A DNA stretch of 64,000 nt from an uncultured Phycisphaerales bacterium. GTDB lineage: Bacteria; Planctomycetota; Phycisphaerae; Tepidisphaerales; Tepidisphaeraceae. This document shows, one piece after another, positions 23,959 to 34,872 of the stretch; position 1 is the stretch's first letter; each line of letters begins with the position of its first letter. The notes under the pieces are model-generated. The model saw only the letters and a program-made list of their open reading frames with translations, did not search any database and was not told the DNA's origin. The stretch is from contig CAWJPJ010000006.1 in NCBI GenBank assembly GCA_963844715.1, positions 96,001 through 160,000 on the forward strand. The letters run 5' to 3'. The translations under genes and the position numbers were made by a program.

Positions 23959-24274
23959 TTAATGTCTCCGGTGGACATCCGCGAGATGGACGTGATCGGC
24001 TACGACTTGGCGGTTCCTGAGCCGTCTTCATTCGTCCTGCTGACGATGGGTATGGGGTTGCTAGTGAGACGAAGCCGCCGTGGAGCGCGTAGGCCACTTC
24101 GGCCTCGTTCCCTCGACGCTGCGGTGCGCCGTTGACGCCGGCCCACAATGCTCGTTCTTCCGTGGGTTCCCTTACGAGGAGGGGCCGGGGCGATGTAATC
24201 GTTTGTATCGCGGTGGTTTATCGATTTTATTATTTCGCTCTGAAATGCGCGTGGCGTGTCGATAAAATAGGTAG

Positions 24275-24291
24275 TTGCAACTGAGTCTCAA
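24275..24291. promoter_or_regulatory. Candidate Fur-like operator
   Basis: Imperfect 7-1-7 palindrome TTGCAACTGAGTCTCAA directly upstream of an iron permease gene. Confidence 0.45.
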
Positions 24292-24330
24292 TTGCGTTAA
24301 TTTGGTTTCCGGCGGGCATGATGCCCCTTA

Positions 24331-25461
24331 TTGTCGGAGACTTTGATGAGTTTGGATGGTCAGGCCGTTGGTGGTTCGAGCATTTCGCTGCCTCAGAGTG
24401 GGTCTGGGCGGCGGGGGAGTGCGCAGGGGCGGTGGATTCGGCAGGCGGGGATCATTGCCAGCGCGATGCTGATCCTGGCGATCTTTGTCTGGCAGGCGTT
24501 TACCTCGGCGGGGAATCCTGATCCGACTATTTCGGGGATTAGTCGGACGGCAGCCGTGCTGGATACGGGGATTTTGGTTTTTCGGGAGGGGTTGGAAGCG
24601 ATTCTGGTTCTGGCGGCGCTGACGGCTAGTTTGGTGCGGACGGATGAAGGGTATTGGGAGCCGGTGGCGCTGGGGGCGGGGATTTCGTTTTTGGCGACCG
24701 TGGCGACTTGGTTCATCGTGGTCGCGCTGATTTCGGATATCAATGCTCCGGCGCTGGATATTCAAGCTGGGACGGGATTGCTGGCAGTGGTCGTGCTGCT
24801 GGTGATCATGAACTGGTTCTTCCACAAGATTTACTGGACGGGTTGGATCACGCATCACAATCGGCGTAAGCGGGCGCTGACGGAGCAGCCGGGGCAGACT
24901 CGGGCGAAGGTGTTTCGGGGGCTAGCGGTGATTGGGTTCACTTCGGTTTACCGCGAGGGGTTTGAGGTTGTGCTGTTTTTGCAGTCGATTCGATTGAAGG
25001 TCGGATCGCATCTGGTTCTTGAAGGCGTGGTGGTGGGGCTGGCGCTGACGGCGATCGTGGCGATGCTGACTTTTGTTGCGCATTACAAGTTGCCTTACAA
25101 GAGAATGCTGGTGCTGACGGGGATCATGATCGGCGTGGTGCTGCTGGTCATGGTTGGGGAGCAAGTGCAGGAGATGCAGCAGGCGAACTGGATCGGGACG
25201 CATACGCTGAATATCAACATGCCGGATTGGCTGAATACCTGGTTCTCGATTTATCCGACCGTGGAGAGCCTGGGGGCGCAGGGGGCGGCGGCGCTGTTTG
25301 TGATCGGGTCATATTATCTGGCGCGGCGGGTTTGCGGGAAGGTGAAGAGCGGGAAAGTGGGGGAAGAGATCTGCGTGGTGCAGGATTGCGAGAATTGTCC
25401 GGTGGGGCAGACGGATGGGCAGGGGGCGGGGGCGGGGTCTTCGGGGCATATCAATCGTTGA
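24331..25461 (+). CDS. FTR1-family iron permease
   Basis: Two RExxE motifs (FREGLEA, YREGFEV) and multiple TM helices. Confidence 0.9.
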   Translation: MSETLMSLDGQAVGGSSISLPQSGSGRRGSAQGRWIRQAGIIASAMLILAIFVWQAFTSAGNPDPTISGISRTAAVLDTGILVFREGLEAILVLAALTASLVRTDEGYWEPVALGAGISFLATVATWFIVVALISDINAPALDIQAGTGLLAVVVLLVIMNWFFHKIYWTGWITHHNRRKRALTEQPGQTRAKVFRGLAVIGFTSVYREGFEVVLFLQSIRLKVGSHLVLEGVVVGLALTAIVAMLTFVAHYKLPYKRMLVLTGIMIGVVLLVMVGEQVQEMQQANWIGTHTLNINMPDWLNTWFSIYPTVESLGAQGAAALFVIGSYYLARRVCGKVKSGKVGEEICVVQDCENCPVGQTDGQGAGAGSSGHINR

Positions 25462-25544
25462 AATTTAATTTGGCGGGCGCAGTTGGGTTTGCGTTCTTTG
25501 CGTTGGGGGGGCCTTCGCTTTTCGGGGGGTGTCGGGGGAAATGC

Positions 25545-25600
25545 GATTAAGATTAAGATTATGATTAAGAAGAGGAGTAGGAGCAGGATTAAGAGTAGGA
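25545..25600. repeat. Degenerate hexamer tandem repeat (GATTAA/GAGTAG)
   Basis: gattaa gattaa gattat gattaa gaagag gagtag gagcag gattaa gagtag. Confidence 0.75.
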
Positions 25601-25663
25601 CGGGGGGACTTGGGATTTAGAGGGGACGGGGGATGCGCAAGGGGTTGGGGAATCTTAGGTTAA

Positions 25664-25736
25664 TACCCCCTAGGGGAGTCGAACCCCTGTCCTCTGGCTG
25701 AGAACCAGATGTCCTAGGCCACTAGACGAAGGGGGC
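25664..25736 (-). tRNA. tRNA-Glu (anticodon CTC)
   Basis: Reverse complement folds as a cloverleaf: GCCCCCTTCGTCTAGTGGCCTAGGACA TCTGG-TTCTCAG-CCAGA GGACAGGGGTTCGACTCCCCTAGGGGGTA; CCA not encoded. Confidence 0.97.
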
Positions 25737-25954
25737 CACAAGAACTTTGCGGATGGTACGGGTGGGGGAGTAGTAGTTCAAGCTTGCGGCGATTCGAAAT
25801 GCTGCGCGGCGCCGCCGCGGGCGTTTTTTTGCGCCGAGGGTCGCTCGACAGCAGTGTGCGGCGCGGCGTTATCGCGGTTTGCGGGCGGTGGCTGTGAGTT
25901 GGTTTCCTTTTTGTCTTAGGCGGCTCTGAATGGCGGCGAGGTGCAGGGCGGGTT

Positions 25955-26870
25955 TCAGGCGGAGCCAGGGGTCCCATTTTTCTTTTCGCGGCGGGTGAGC
26001 TGTTTGACGCTTTTGGCTAGCCAGCTTGTGCGGGTGGACTGGCGGACGTCGATGGAGCGGAAGCCGGCGGATTCCAGGAGATTGCGCAGGGATTGTTGGG
26101 TGAAATGGATGAGGTGTCGCGGGAGTTCTAGGGTGAGGGAGGCGTCGCCGAAGTATTGGATTTCCCAGCTGTCGAAATTGGGGACGGCGATGAGGAACAT
26201 GCCGCCGGGGCGGAGGAGATCGAGGGCTGCGGTGACGATTTCCTTGGGGTTGGGGACGTGCTCGAGTGCCTGGCGCATGGTGATGACGTCGAAGGATTGG
26301 GGTTTGAGGTCGGGATGGGGGAGTGAGCCGAGGTGGACGGGGATGCCGTCGGCTTTGACGGCGTCGACGGCTTGTTGGCTGAAGTCAATGCCGGTGCAGT
26401 TCCAGCCTACGGCTTTCATGCGTCTTAGGAAGGTTCCGTTTCCGCAGCCGAAGTCCAGGAGTTTTCCGGTGCCCTGGTAGGGGACGCCGAAGCCGAATTG
26501 CCTCGAGGGGCTGGACGAGCATGACGACTTTTGCGACGGCGCGGCGCCAGCCGGTGGGTTTGTTGGCCGGGGCGCCGTAGGCGAGGGAGAGGACCCAGGT
26601 GCGGAGGGAAGTAGAGGCGGCCGAGGAGCGTTTGATTTCGCCGCGTTGTTTGGCGTAGGGGGCGTATTCGGTGGGGTAGTAGGAGCCGAGGTGGTCCTTG
26701 TCTGGGCGGGGGTTGGTGAAATTCAGGCCGCATTGCTCGCAGCGGACGATTTGGATGGTTTGGTCGTTGTGGAGGATCCAGTCGCGGCCGGTGAGGGAAG
26801 GCTTATAGCGAGCGGACCCGCAGGCGGGGCAGTTGACGAGTTCGAATCCTTCCGGGATGGGTTGGTCCAT
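25955..26870 (-). CDS. Class I SAM-dependent methyltransferase with N-terminal Zn ribbon (frameshift near 26500)
   Basis: CPACGS...CEQCGL...NPRP, LLDFGCGNG, FDVITMRQALEHVPNP, PRHLIHFT. Confidence 0.85.
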
Positions 26871-27019
26871 TGGGGTTGGGGAGTTTAACGGGTGCGCGGG
26901 TGGGGGCAAAAACCCCACGGCAGCGCGCGGTTCGACTGGGCTCACCGAAGTCCGCGGGCGTTAAGGGGATGGGCGAGGGAGAGGTTCAGGGAAGTTTGTG
27001 TTGTGTCGATAAAGTTTGA

Positions 27020-28226
27020 ATGGGAACGAGTGAGTGTTCATGTCTCGTGGATCGAATTGTGACGTACCGGCGGGTGCGGGGGATTTCGTTGATCATCGCG
27101 ATCGTGGCGGTGGGGATGCTGGTGCTTGCGTTTGCGACTTCCAAGGGTGGGCGGACGCGGGTGGGGACGGTGGTGGCGGCGGATTTTCCGCAGTTTTATG
27201 TGGCGGCGGGAATTCTGTCTGATCCGGGGCCGGGGAGGCTTTACGATTTGGCGCTGCAATCGCATCGGCAGGTCGTGCTTTTTCCGGGGGAAGATAGGGC
27301 GCTGCCTTATGCGTATCCGCCGATTGTGGCGTATCTGTTTCGACCGTTTACTTATTTTTCTTATACGACGGCGGCGGGAATCTTTGTCGCTTACGTGGCG
27401 ATGTTTTATACGATTGGGGTGATGGCGCTTTTTTGGCGTGCACGAATATTCCTGTGCGCGGGAGGTGGCTGGGGGGTTTGGTTTGTGTGGCGTTTGAGCC
27501 GTTTGCGATTGAGTGTTTGCATGGGGGTCAGGTTTCGACGTTTGCGTTTGCTTGTGTGAGTCTGGCGATTTTGTTTGACAAGCGGGGGAGGGAGATCGCG
27601 AGCGGGGTTTGTCTGGGGCTGCTGGCTTATAAGCCGACGTTGCTGGTGATTTTGCTGCCGGCGTTGGTGGTGGGAAAAAGATGGAGGATGGTGGTGGGAT
27701 GTTTGGGGACGATTGCGGCGGGAGCGCGCTGAGCCTGGCGGTGGCGGGGCCGGTGGCTTGCGGACAATTTGTGAGGATGGCGGGGACGTATGGGGGCGCG
27801 GTGGCGGGGAATGACGGGTTTCGGACCTGGAAATACGTGGATTTGTCGGCATTTTTGCGGCTGTTGCACGTGCCGGGGGAGGTCGCGTTTGTTCTGCCGG
27901 TGCTGGGAATCGTGGCGGCGTGGGCGTGGCTGGGGCGGCGATTTGATTGGGCCACCGCGATCGCGGCGACGCTGGTGCTGAATCTTTATGTGGCGGTTTA
28001 TGATTCGGTTTTGATCGGGGCGGCGTTTTGGGCGGCGGCGGATTCGATTTATGCGCGAGAGAGGAATTGTCCGCGGGGTTCAAGAGGTTGGCGGCGGCGG
28101 TGTTTTTGGCGCCTTGGGTTTCGCCGGCGCTGGCGGTGACGATGGGGTTTCAGGTTTATACGGTGGCGCTGGGGGCGGCGGTGGTTTGGTTCGCGGGCGC
28201 ATGGCGCGAAATTAAATCCACTGATC
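27020..28226 (+). CDS. GT87/DUF2029-like membrane glycosyltransferase (several frameshifts; 3' end approximate)
   Basis: ADFPQFYVA, GRLYD, PYAYPP, GGQ, LAYKPT, YVAVYD; highly hydrophobic. Confidence 0.75.
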
Positions 28227-28701
28227 TCGAATCAGCTTCAGTTGCAGCCCAGTCTTCATCACTGAACCAGTCGGGGCGGCGGTCGCCCATTCCCACGAGA
28301 TCGCCGAAGAAGATTTCGGCTTCGCTTTCGAGGGTCTCGCGGATCGATCCCATTTGCAGGCGGGTGGCATAGAGATCGTCCTCGGTGCTGGCGAGGCGAA
28401 GGGCCTCGCGGCCGGCGTATTGGCGGACAAGATCGGCCAGCTCGCGGTAGAAGACCCAGACGGGTTCGTCGGGGACGGGCGGCGGGACGCAATGGCGATT
28501 CAGGGCGTGCTGAAAATAGCGAAGTTTGGAATTCCAATCGAGATGGGGATCGAGGCCGAGGGTGATGTACTGGCCGACCTTGGCGGCTTCGTGGGCGAAG
28601 GGATTTCCGGCGGCGTCGGCTTCGCGGACGAGCTTGGAATACTCGGACTCGGGAAGCCCGATGGTCGGCATCGACGGAAATACGTGGCGCTGCTGAAGCA
28701 T
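28212..28701 (-). CDS. Hypothetical protein (frameshift near 28245)
   Basis: Protein-like ORF MPTIGLPESEYSKL...AKVGQYITLGL...; C-terminus LKLIRDQWI is in the adjacent frame. Confidence 0.6.
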
Positions 28702-28854
28702 CCCGGCTACCTCGCCAAGGGACGTTCGCCTGCACACCCGGTCTGAGCAGCCCTATTCCGCAATGCTAATTTACCTTTCGGAGGCAAGCGGTTACAAGAG
28801 CAATGTGCGGAATTCGCGTAGTTTTCGCCCCTATTTTCGGACCGGCGGGTGCTC

Positions 28855-30546
28855 ATGAGTGAAACCCTTGGCGCATTATGTATCGTCCTGCACGGGCATC
28901 TGCCTTACGTTCTGAACCATGGAAAAACGCCGCACGGGGAGGCCTGGCTGTACGAGGCGGCGGCGGAGACGTATTTGCCGATCCTGGACATGATCGGGCA
29001 GGCGGCCCTGTATAAGGCGCGGCCGGCGATCACCATCGGGTTGACGCCGATATTGCTGGAACAACTGGCGCACGACCGGTTCCGGGTTGGGCTAGTGGAA
29101 TATCTTCTGGAGCGCGCGGGGCGGGCGAAGCAGGATCGGGAGGAATTCGAGCGGAACAATCAGCCGCACTTGGCGCATCTGGCGTCGAAGTGGGAGGAGT
29201 GGTATCACGCGCGGCTGGATCATTTCAAACGGATCGACGGGGACATTGTGGGCGAGTTTGCGCGGCGCGCGACCGAGGGGCATATTCAGATCCTCACGAG
29301 TTGCGCGACGCACGTGTATCTGCCGCTGGTTTTGCAGGATCAGACGATCCGGGCGCAACTGGCGGCGGGAATGGCGACAAGCCGGCGGCGGCTGGGGTTT
29401 GCGCCGCGGGGATGTGGCTGCCGGAGTGCGCATATCGGCCCGAGTGGGATCATTGGGTGCCGTCGGTTTTGTATGGCGATGCGCGGAAGCGCCAGGGGCT
29501 GGAGAAGTTTATTGGGGACGCGGGGGTGACGCATTTTTTTGTGGATACGCATTTGATCACCGGGGCGCAGCCGCTGGGGACGCTGGACGGGGGGCATTTC
29601 AACGCGGTGGTCGAGGAGCAGTTGCATTGGGATACGAAGCGCGGCTGGCGGGACGTGCTGGAGCCGGTGGGGGTGCAGAGTTATCCGGAGATGCCGCGGG
29701 TGTTTGCACTGGGTCGGCATCCGCGCGTGAGCGAGCAGGTTTGGAGCGGGTCGATCGGATATCCGGGGTCGGGGACTTATCTTGAGTTTCACAAAAAGCA
29801 CGGGGAGCGCGGGCTGAGATACTGGAAAGTGACGGACAACAAGGCGGGGCTTGGCGACAAGGATATGTATTATCCCGATGATGTGGCGGGGAAGGTTTTT
29901 GAACACGCCCATCACTTCTGCTCCGTGGTGCGAGAAGTGCTTGCGGAATATCACGGCCGCACCGGACGCAAAGGCGTCTGCGTGGCCCCATTCGACGCGG
30001 AATTGTTCGGCCACTGGTGGTTCGAGGGGCCGCAGTTTCTCCGCGATGTCATCCTCACCCTTTCGAACGCTCCGGACATCGAATTATTGACGGCGGAAGA
30101 AGCGCTGACAGCGGCATCCGCCGGATAAAGTCGTGCGGATGCCGGAGGGGTCGTGGGGGGAGAAGGGAAATCACAGCGTCTGGATGAACGACCGGACCAG
30201 GTGGATGTGGGAAATCGAGTACCGGGCGGAAGAGCGGATGGTGAAGATGGTGAGGGAACTACCGTGGCAGACGAGTGAGGCGGTCGCGGAACATTTGGCG
30301 CGGGCCGGGAGGGAGTTGCTGTTGCTACAAGCGAGCGATTGGCCGTTCGTGGTGCACTCTTACGGGGCGGTGGATTACGGGATTCAAAGATTCTCGGGGC
30401 ATGCGACGCAGTTTCATCGGGCCGTCGACATGGCGGAAGATGCGGCCAAGGGGAAGGAGCTGAGCGAGGTTCAGAAAGTCGAGATTGCGGATATGGATTT
30501 GCATGACGGGGTGTTTGGGGAGATTGAGCTTGGTTGGTGGCAATAG
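28855..30546 (+). CDS. GH57 1,4-alpha-glucan branching enzyme with DUF1957 (frameshifts near 29410 and 30110)
   Basis: LHGHLPYV, EAAAETYLP, GMWLPECAY, PFDAELFGHWWFEGP, RELLLLQASDWPF. Confidence 0.92.
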
Positions 30547-30550
30547 GGGA

Positions 30551-30616
30551 AATTCGAAACCAGAAATCCGAATGGCGAATCAAATCCGAATGACCGAATG
30601 GCCGAATGGCAAATCG
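30551..30616. repeat. Degenerate short tandem repeat tract (CCGAATG type)
   Basis: Second copy of the 18508-18563 family, between convergent genes. Confidence 0.7.
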
Positions 30617-30617
30617 A

Positions 30618-32584
30618 CTATTTCTGCGCACAAAAGGTTTGCCACATATGCCGGTAGGCTTTTTCGACGTCGCGAGCAAAGGCCGGGGCATCCATTAGGG
30701 GGCTGGCTTGCATTCTTGGGCGGAGGGTTTGGCGGAGTTGAGCCAGGCGCTGGGGATTGGCGGATAAATCTTTGGCAATCTGCACGTAGTGGTCTGGGGT
30801 TTCGGCGATTAATTCTGGGAGGCCGACGTTGTTCAGGATGCTGGAGCCGGCGCGGCCTGTGGGGAGTTGGCCTTTTAGGGTGATGACGGGGACGCCCATC
30901 CAGAGGGCGTCGCAGGTGGTGGCGCCGCCGCCGAAGGGGAAGGGGTCTAGGGCGATATCGACTTTGTGGTAGGAGGCGAAATAGAGACGCATGGGGACGT
31001 TGGCGTTGAAGGCCAGGCGATTGGGGTCGATGCCTTGGGTTGCGAAGCGGGAGCGAATTGCGTCGCGGTGGGGGCCGTCGCCGGTGAAGACGAAGAGGCG
31101 GGAATTGGGGACGGCGGCGAGGATGTTGGCCCAGGTGTTCCAGACGGAGGGGGTGACTTTGCAGTAGTTATTGAAGCTGCCGAAGGTGATTTGGCCGGAT
31201 TGTTGAGAGGGAGGGGGACGGAACTCGGGCATGATGTCGAGGGGCTCGAAAGTCCAATAGGTTTTGGGGAGGCGGTAGGTTTTTTCGGAGTAGCCGGATT
31301 CGTCGGCGCCGGGGGGATCGAAATAGGGGTCGCTCAGGCGCCAGTCCATGGTCGAGAGGCCGCTGCTGCCGCAGTAGCCGAGATAGGTGACCTGGACGGG
31401 CGCCGGCTTTTGGGCGAAGACAAGGAGGCGGTGGCGCTCGGTGTGGAGAGTGAGATCGACAAGGATGTCGATCTGGTCGTTGCGGATAAGATCGGCGACG
31501 GTCGAGTGGGGCATCCCCTCGATGTGATGCCAAACGTCACAGGATTTGCGGAGGCGTTCGGTCATGGCGTCGGGTTTTTTGATGTCGCTAAAGCAATGGA
31601 TCTGGAATCGGCGGCGGTCGTGATGAGCGAGAAGCGGCGCCATAAATCTGCCAACGGGGTGGCCGCGGAAATCGGGCGAGACGTAGCCGATTCTCAGGGG
31701 GCGGTCGGGGGAGCGATCGTTGGTGAGCGGACGGATGAAGTTTCGCTGGGGCTCGGCGTAGTTTTTATTCCAGGCGCGGAGTTCGGCGGCGATTTGATCG
31801 GGGGTGCAATCGTCGCGGTAGTGCATGGTGAGGATGAGATTGCTGTGGGCGTAGCCGTCGCGACCGTTGGCGGCGACGCTGCGGCGGAAAAGATCGCAGG
31901 CCTCGGGGGCCTCGCCTACGAGCCATTTGACGATGCCGAGATTGAGGAGGGCATCGGCGTAATTGGGACGAAGGGCGACGGCTTTTTCGTAGGCGACGAT
32001 GGATTCGTCCAAACGCCAGATGGCTTTGAGGACGTAGCCGATCTGGTAGTAGGCCTCGGCGTGATCGGGCTGAATGACCAGCGCCTGCGCGCGGCGGCGA
32101 GGGATTCGTGGGGTTCGCCTTTGTCGAAGAGGGCCTCGGCGAGGTGGACGTAATTGGGGACGTATTTGGGAGCGGCGCTGATTCCCTGGCGGTAGGTCGC
32201 GGTGGCTTGATCGAGCTTGTGCATCAGGCGCAGGGTGCGGGCGAGATTGTCGTAGGCTTCGCCGATGTCGGGGCGGCGGGCGATCAGTTTTCGGCAGATG
32301 TCCATGGCCTCGTCATATCGGCCCTGCGAAGTGAGGATAACGGCGAGATTGCAGATGTGATCGGGGCGATTGGGTTCGAGTGAGATGACGCGGCGGATGG
32401 TTTTCTCGGCTTCGTCGTATTGGCCGTTGCCGTGGAGTATGTAGGCGAGGCGGGCGAGGGCTTCGGGTTGGTTTGGCTCCTGGGCGAGAATTTGCCGGAG
32501 GAGAGCTTCGGCGTCGGCATATTTCGCGGCGCGGATGAGCTGCTCGGTCGAGTCGAGAGAGGATTTGATCTGATCTGGGGTCAT
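30618..32584 (-). CDS. TPR + GT41 (SPINDLY/O-GlcNAc transferase-like) protein G (frameshift near 32085)
   Basis: TPRs, then RIGYVSPDFRGHPV, DILVDL, KPAPVQVTYLGY, TFGSFNNYCK, DIALDPFPFGG, ALWMGVPV. Confidence 0.9.
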
Positions 32585-34872
32585 GCGGGAGATTGCAGCC
32601 AGGTTCGCCAGACGCTGCGATAGACGGATTCTACATCGCGCGCGAATTGCCGGGCATCGAGGAGGGGGGATTCCCGCATGGATTGGCGAAGGGAGGCGCG
32701 GAGCTTGGCCAGAACATTACGGTCGGCAGCGATTTGCCGGGCGATCTCGACGTAGCGCGGGGGGGAATCGGCGATGAGATGGGGGAGATTCATGTTGGTG
32801 AGGAGCGAGACGCCGACCCGGCTGACGTGGCGGGAGCCGGCGAGGGTGATGACGGGGACGCCCATCCAGAGGGCCTCGCACGTGGTAGTCGTGCCGTGAT
32901 AGGGGAAGGTGTCGAGGGCGACGTCGACGGAGTTGTAAAGCTCGAGGTGATGGGAGAGGTCTGGGGTTTGGCTGTGAAGCTGAAGACGATCGGGCGATAT
33001 GCCGCCGGAGGCGAAAATTTCCAGCAAGCGCTGGCGCGGCGCGGATTCGGTCAGTCCGCTGTGGCTTTTGATGATGAGGCGGCTGTTGGGAACCGCGCGG
33101 AGAATTTGCGACCAGATTTCGATCATCGGGGGCGTAATTTTTCCGAGGGCGTTGAACGAGCCGAAAGTGAAGGGTTGGCCTTGCGCTGAAGGAAGCGGCG
33201 AGACTTCGGGGGCGTCGGGGCTGGGGGAATAAGAGAGGAAGGTTTTGGGGAGGCGGATGAGTGTTTCGGTGTGGTAGCGCTCGGTTTGTCCGACGGGATC
33301 GGCCAGGGCGTCTGTGAAGCGGTAGTCGATGGTTTGGACGCCGGTGGTATCGGGGTAGCCGAGGTAGGTGATCTGGACGGGGGCGGGCTTGTGGGCGAAG
33401 ACGGGGAGTCGGCTGCCGCCGGCGTGGCCGGAAAGATCGATGAGGATGTCGATTTTGTCGGCGCGGATTTGCTCGACGAGCTGGGGCGTGCCGAGGGGGA
33501 GCGTGTCGCGCCAGAGTTTGGCGGCGATGCGGAAACGGGCGGTCATTTCATCGCTATTGGGGGAATCGGAATAGCAGATCGTTTCCACTTGCTGGGGATC
33601 GTGATTCTCGAGCAGATTCAAGAGGAAGAAGCCGACGGAATGCTGGCGAAAATCCGCGGAGACGTAGCCGACGCGCAGGGGGCGGTCCGGGGAGCGATCG
33701 TTTCCGTGCGGTGGGATGTTGCGTGCGGCGCGGCGGGCGTGGCGCGCGTTCCAGACGAGGTGTTCCTGGAAGATCATGTCGGAGTCGATGCCGTGGGGAT
33801 AGTGAAGGGCGGAGATAAAATTGCTGTGAGGCGTGGGATGGTCGGGGCGGAGATGCATGGCCATGTGAAAATTGAACAGGGAGTCGGAAAGCTGGCGCAT
33901 TTCTTTTTGCACGATGGCGAGGTTGTTATACGCCATGAAATATTTGGGATCGGCGCGGATCGCGAGTTGGAAGGCTGTCGCGGCGTCCTGGAGACTGTTG
34001 GCCATTCGGTAGGCGTTGCCGAGGTTGTAGAAGCCGTCGGCGTAGTCGGTGCGCTCGGCGACGGATTTCAGGAAGGCGTGGATGGCGTCGATGGGGCGAT
34101 GGAGGGCGAGGTAGCAATTGCCGAGATTGTTCCAGGCGAGGTGATAATTGGGACGGATCGCCAGAGCGCGGCGGCAGGAGGCAAGGGCGGCATCGAGCTG
34201 GCCGGTTTTGGCCAGGGCGTCGGCGAGATTGGTATGGACCTCGACATAATCGGGGCGCAGGGAGAGGGATTTTTCGTACGCGGGGATGGCATCGAGTAGG
34301 CGGCCGTCCATGTGGAGGGAATTGCCCAGCGCGAACCAGGCGAGGGGATCTTCGGGGCGGCGCTGGGTGACGGTGCGGGAAACTTCGACGGCTTCGGACC
34401 AGCGGGACTTGGCCTGGAGGGCGTTACCGAAAGCGGCCAGGGCATCAGTCCAGTCGGGGCGAAGCGAAATCACTTTTTGGTAGATGGGGAGCGCTTCGTC
34501 GACGCGGTTTTGTTCGTGGAGGGCGCTGGCGAGAATTTGCAGCGCTTCGGGGGCGTCGGGATTGAGCTTTGTCGCGGTCTGCAGTGCGGCGATGGCTTCG
34601 GCGGGTTTGCGGGCGGCGGCGCAGACTACGCCGAGATGATAGTGGCAATCCCAGGATTCGGGCTGCAGTTGTGCGGCGCGGCGGAGAGCGGTTTCCGAGG
34701 CGTCGAGTTTGCCCATTTGATAATCGAGGATGCCTAGCATCTGGAGGGTGTCGGCGTCGTCGGGATTGGACTGGAGAATTTTGCGGTAGAGGGACTCGGC
34801 TTCGTCGAGGGCGCCGGCCTCATGACGGCTGATGGCGAGTTCGAAAAGTTGGTCGGGGGATTGGTCAGACAT
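32581..34872 (-). CDS. TPR + GT41 protein F (longest TPR tract)
   Basis: Starts MSDQSPDQLFE; SADFRQHSV, FNALGK, FPYHGTTTTCEALWMGVPV; ATGA overlap with G. Confidence 0.9.
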   Translation of the reverse strand: MSDQSPDQLFELAISRHEAGALDEAESLYRKILQSNPDDADTLQMLGILDYQMGKLDASETALRRAAQLQPESWDCHYHLGVVCAAARKPAEAIAALQTATKLNPDAPEALQILASALHEQNRVDEALPIYQKVISLRPDWTDALAAFGNALQAKSRWSEAVEVSRTVTQRRPEDPLAWFALGNSLHMDGRLLDAIPAYEKSLSLRPDYVEVHTNLADALAKTGQLDAALASCRRALAIRPNYHLAWNNLGNCYLALHRPIDAIHAFLKSVAERTDYADGFYNLGNAYRMANSLQDAATAFQLAIRADPKYFMAYNNLAIVQKEMRQLSDSLFNFHMAMHLRPDHPTPHSNFISALHYPHGIDSDMIFQEHLVWNARHARRAARNIPPHGNDRSPDRPLRVGYVSADFRQHSVGFFLLNLLENHDPQQVETICYSDSPNSDEMTARFRIAAKLWRDTLPLGTPQLVEQIRADKIDILIDLSGHAGGSRLPVFAHKPAPVQITYLGYPDTTGVQTIDYRFTDALADPVGQTERYHTETLIRLPKTFLSYSPSPDAPEVSPLPSAQGQPFTFGSFNALGKITPPMIEIWSQILRAVPNSRLIIKSHSGLTESAPRQRLLEIFASGGISPDRLQLHSQTPDLSHHLELYNSVDVALDTFPYHGTTTTCEALWMGVPVITLAGSRHVSRVGVSLLTNMNLPHLIADSPPRYVEIARQIAADRNVLAKLRASLRQSMRESPLLDARQFARDVESVYRSVWRTWLQSPA

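Larger units (their letters stand above)
22192..24135 (+). pseudogene. Secreted PEP-CTERM metalloprotease (NF038122-like) interrupted by IS5
   Basis: AHA-LVINPTFDSS, AQAKALG, AEHEITEVMGR before the IS; after it, in frame, MSPVDIREMDVIGYDLAVPEPSSFVLLTMGMGLLVRRSRR with stop at 24133-24135. Confidence 0.85.

Noticed and set aside
17102..30616. Short repeat tracts as CRISPR arrays
   Set aside because: Units are 6-9 bp and degenerate, with no unique spacers and no cas genes.
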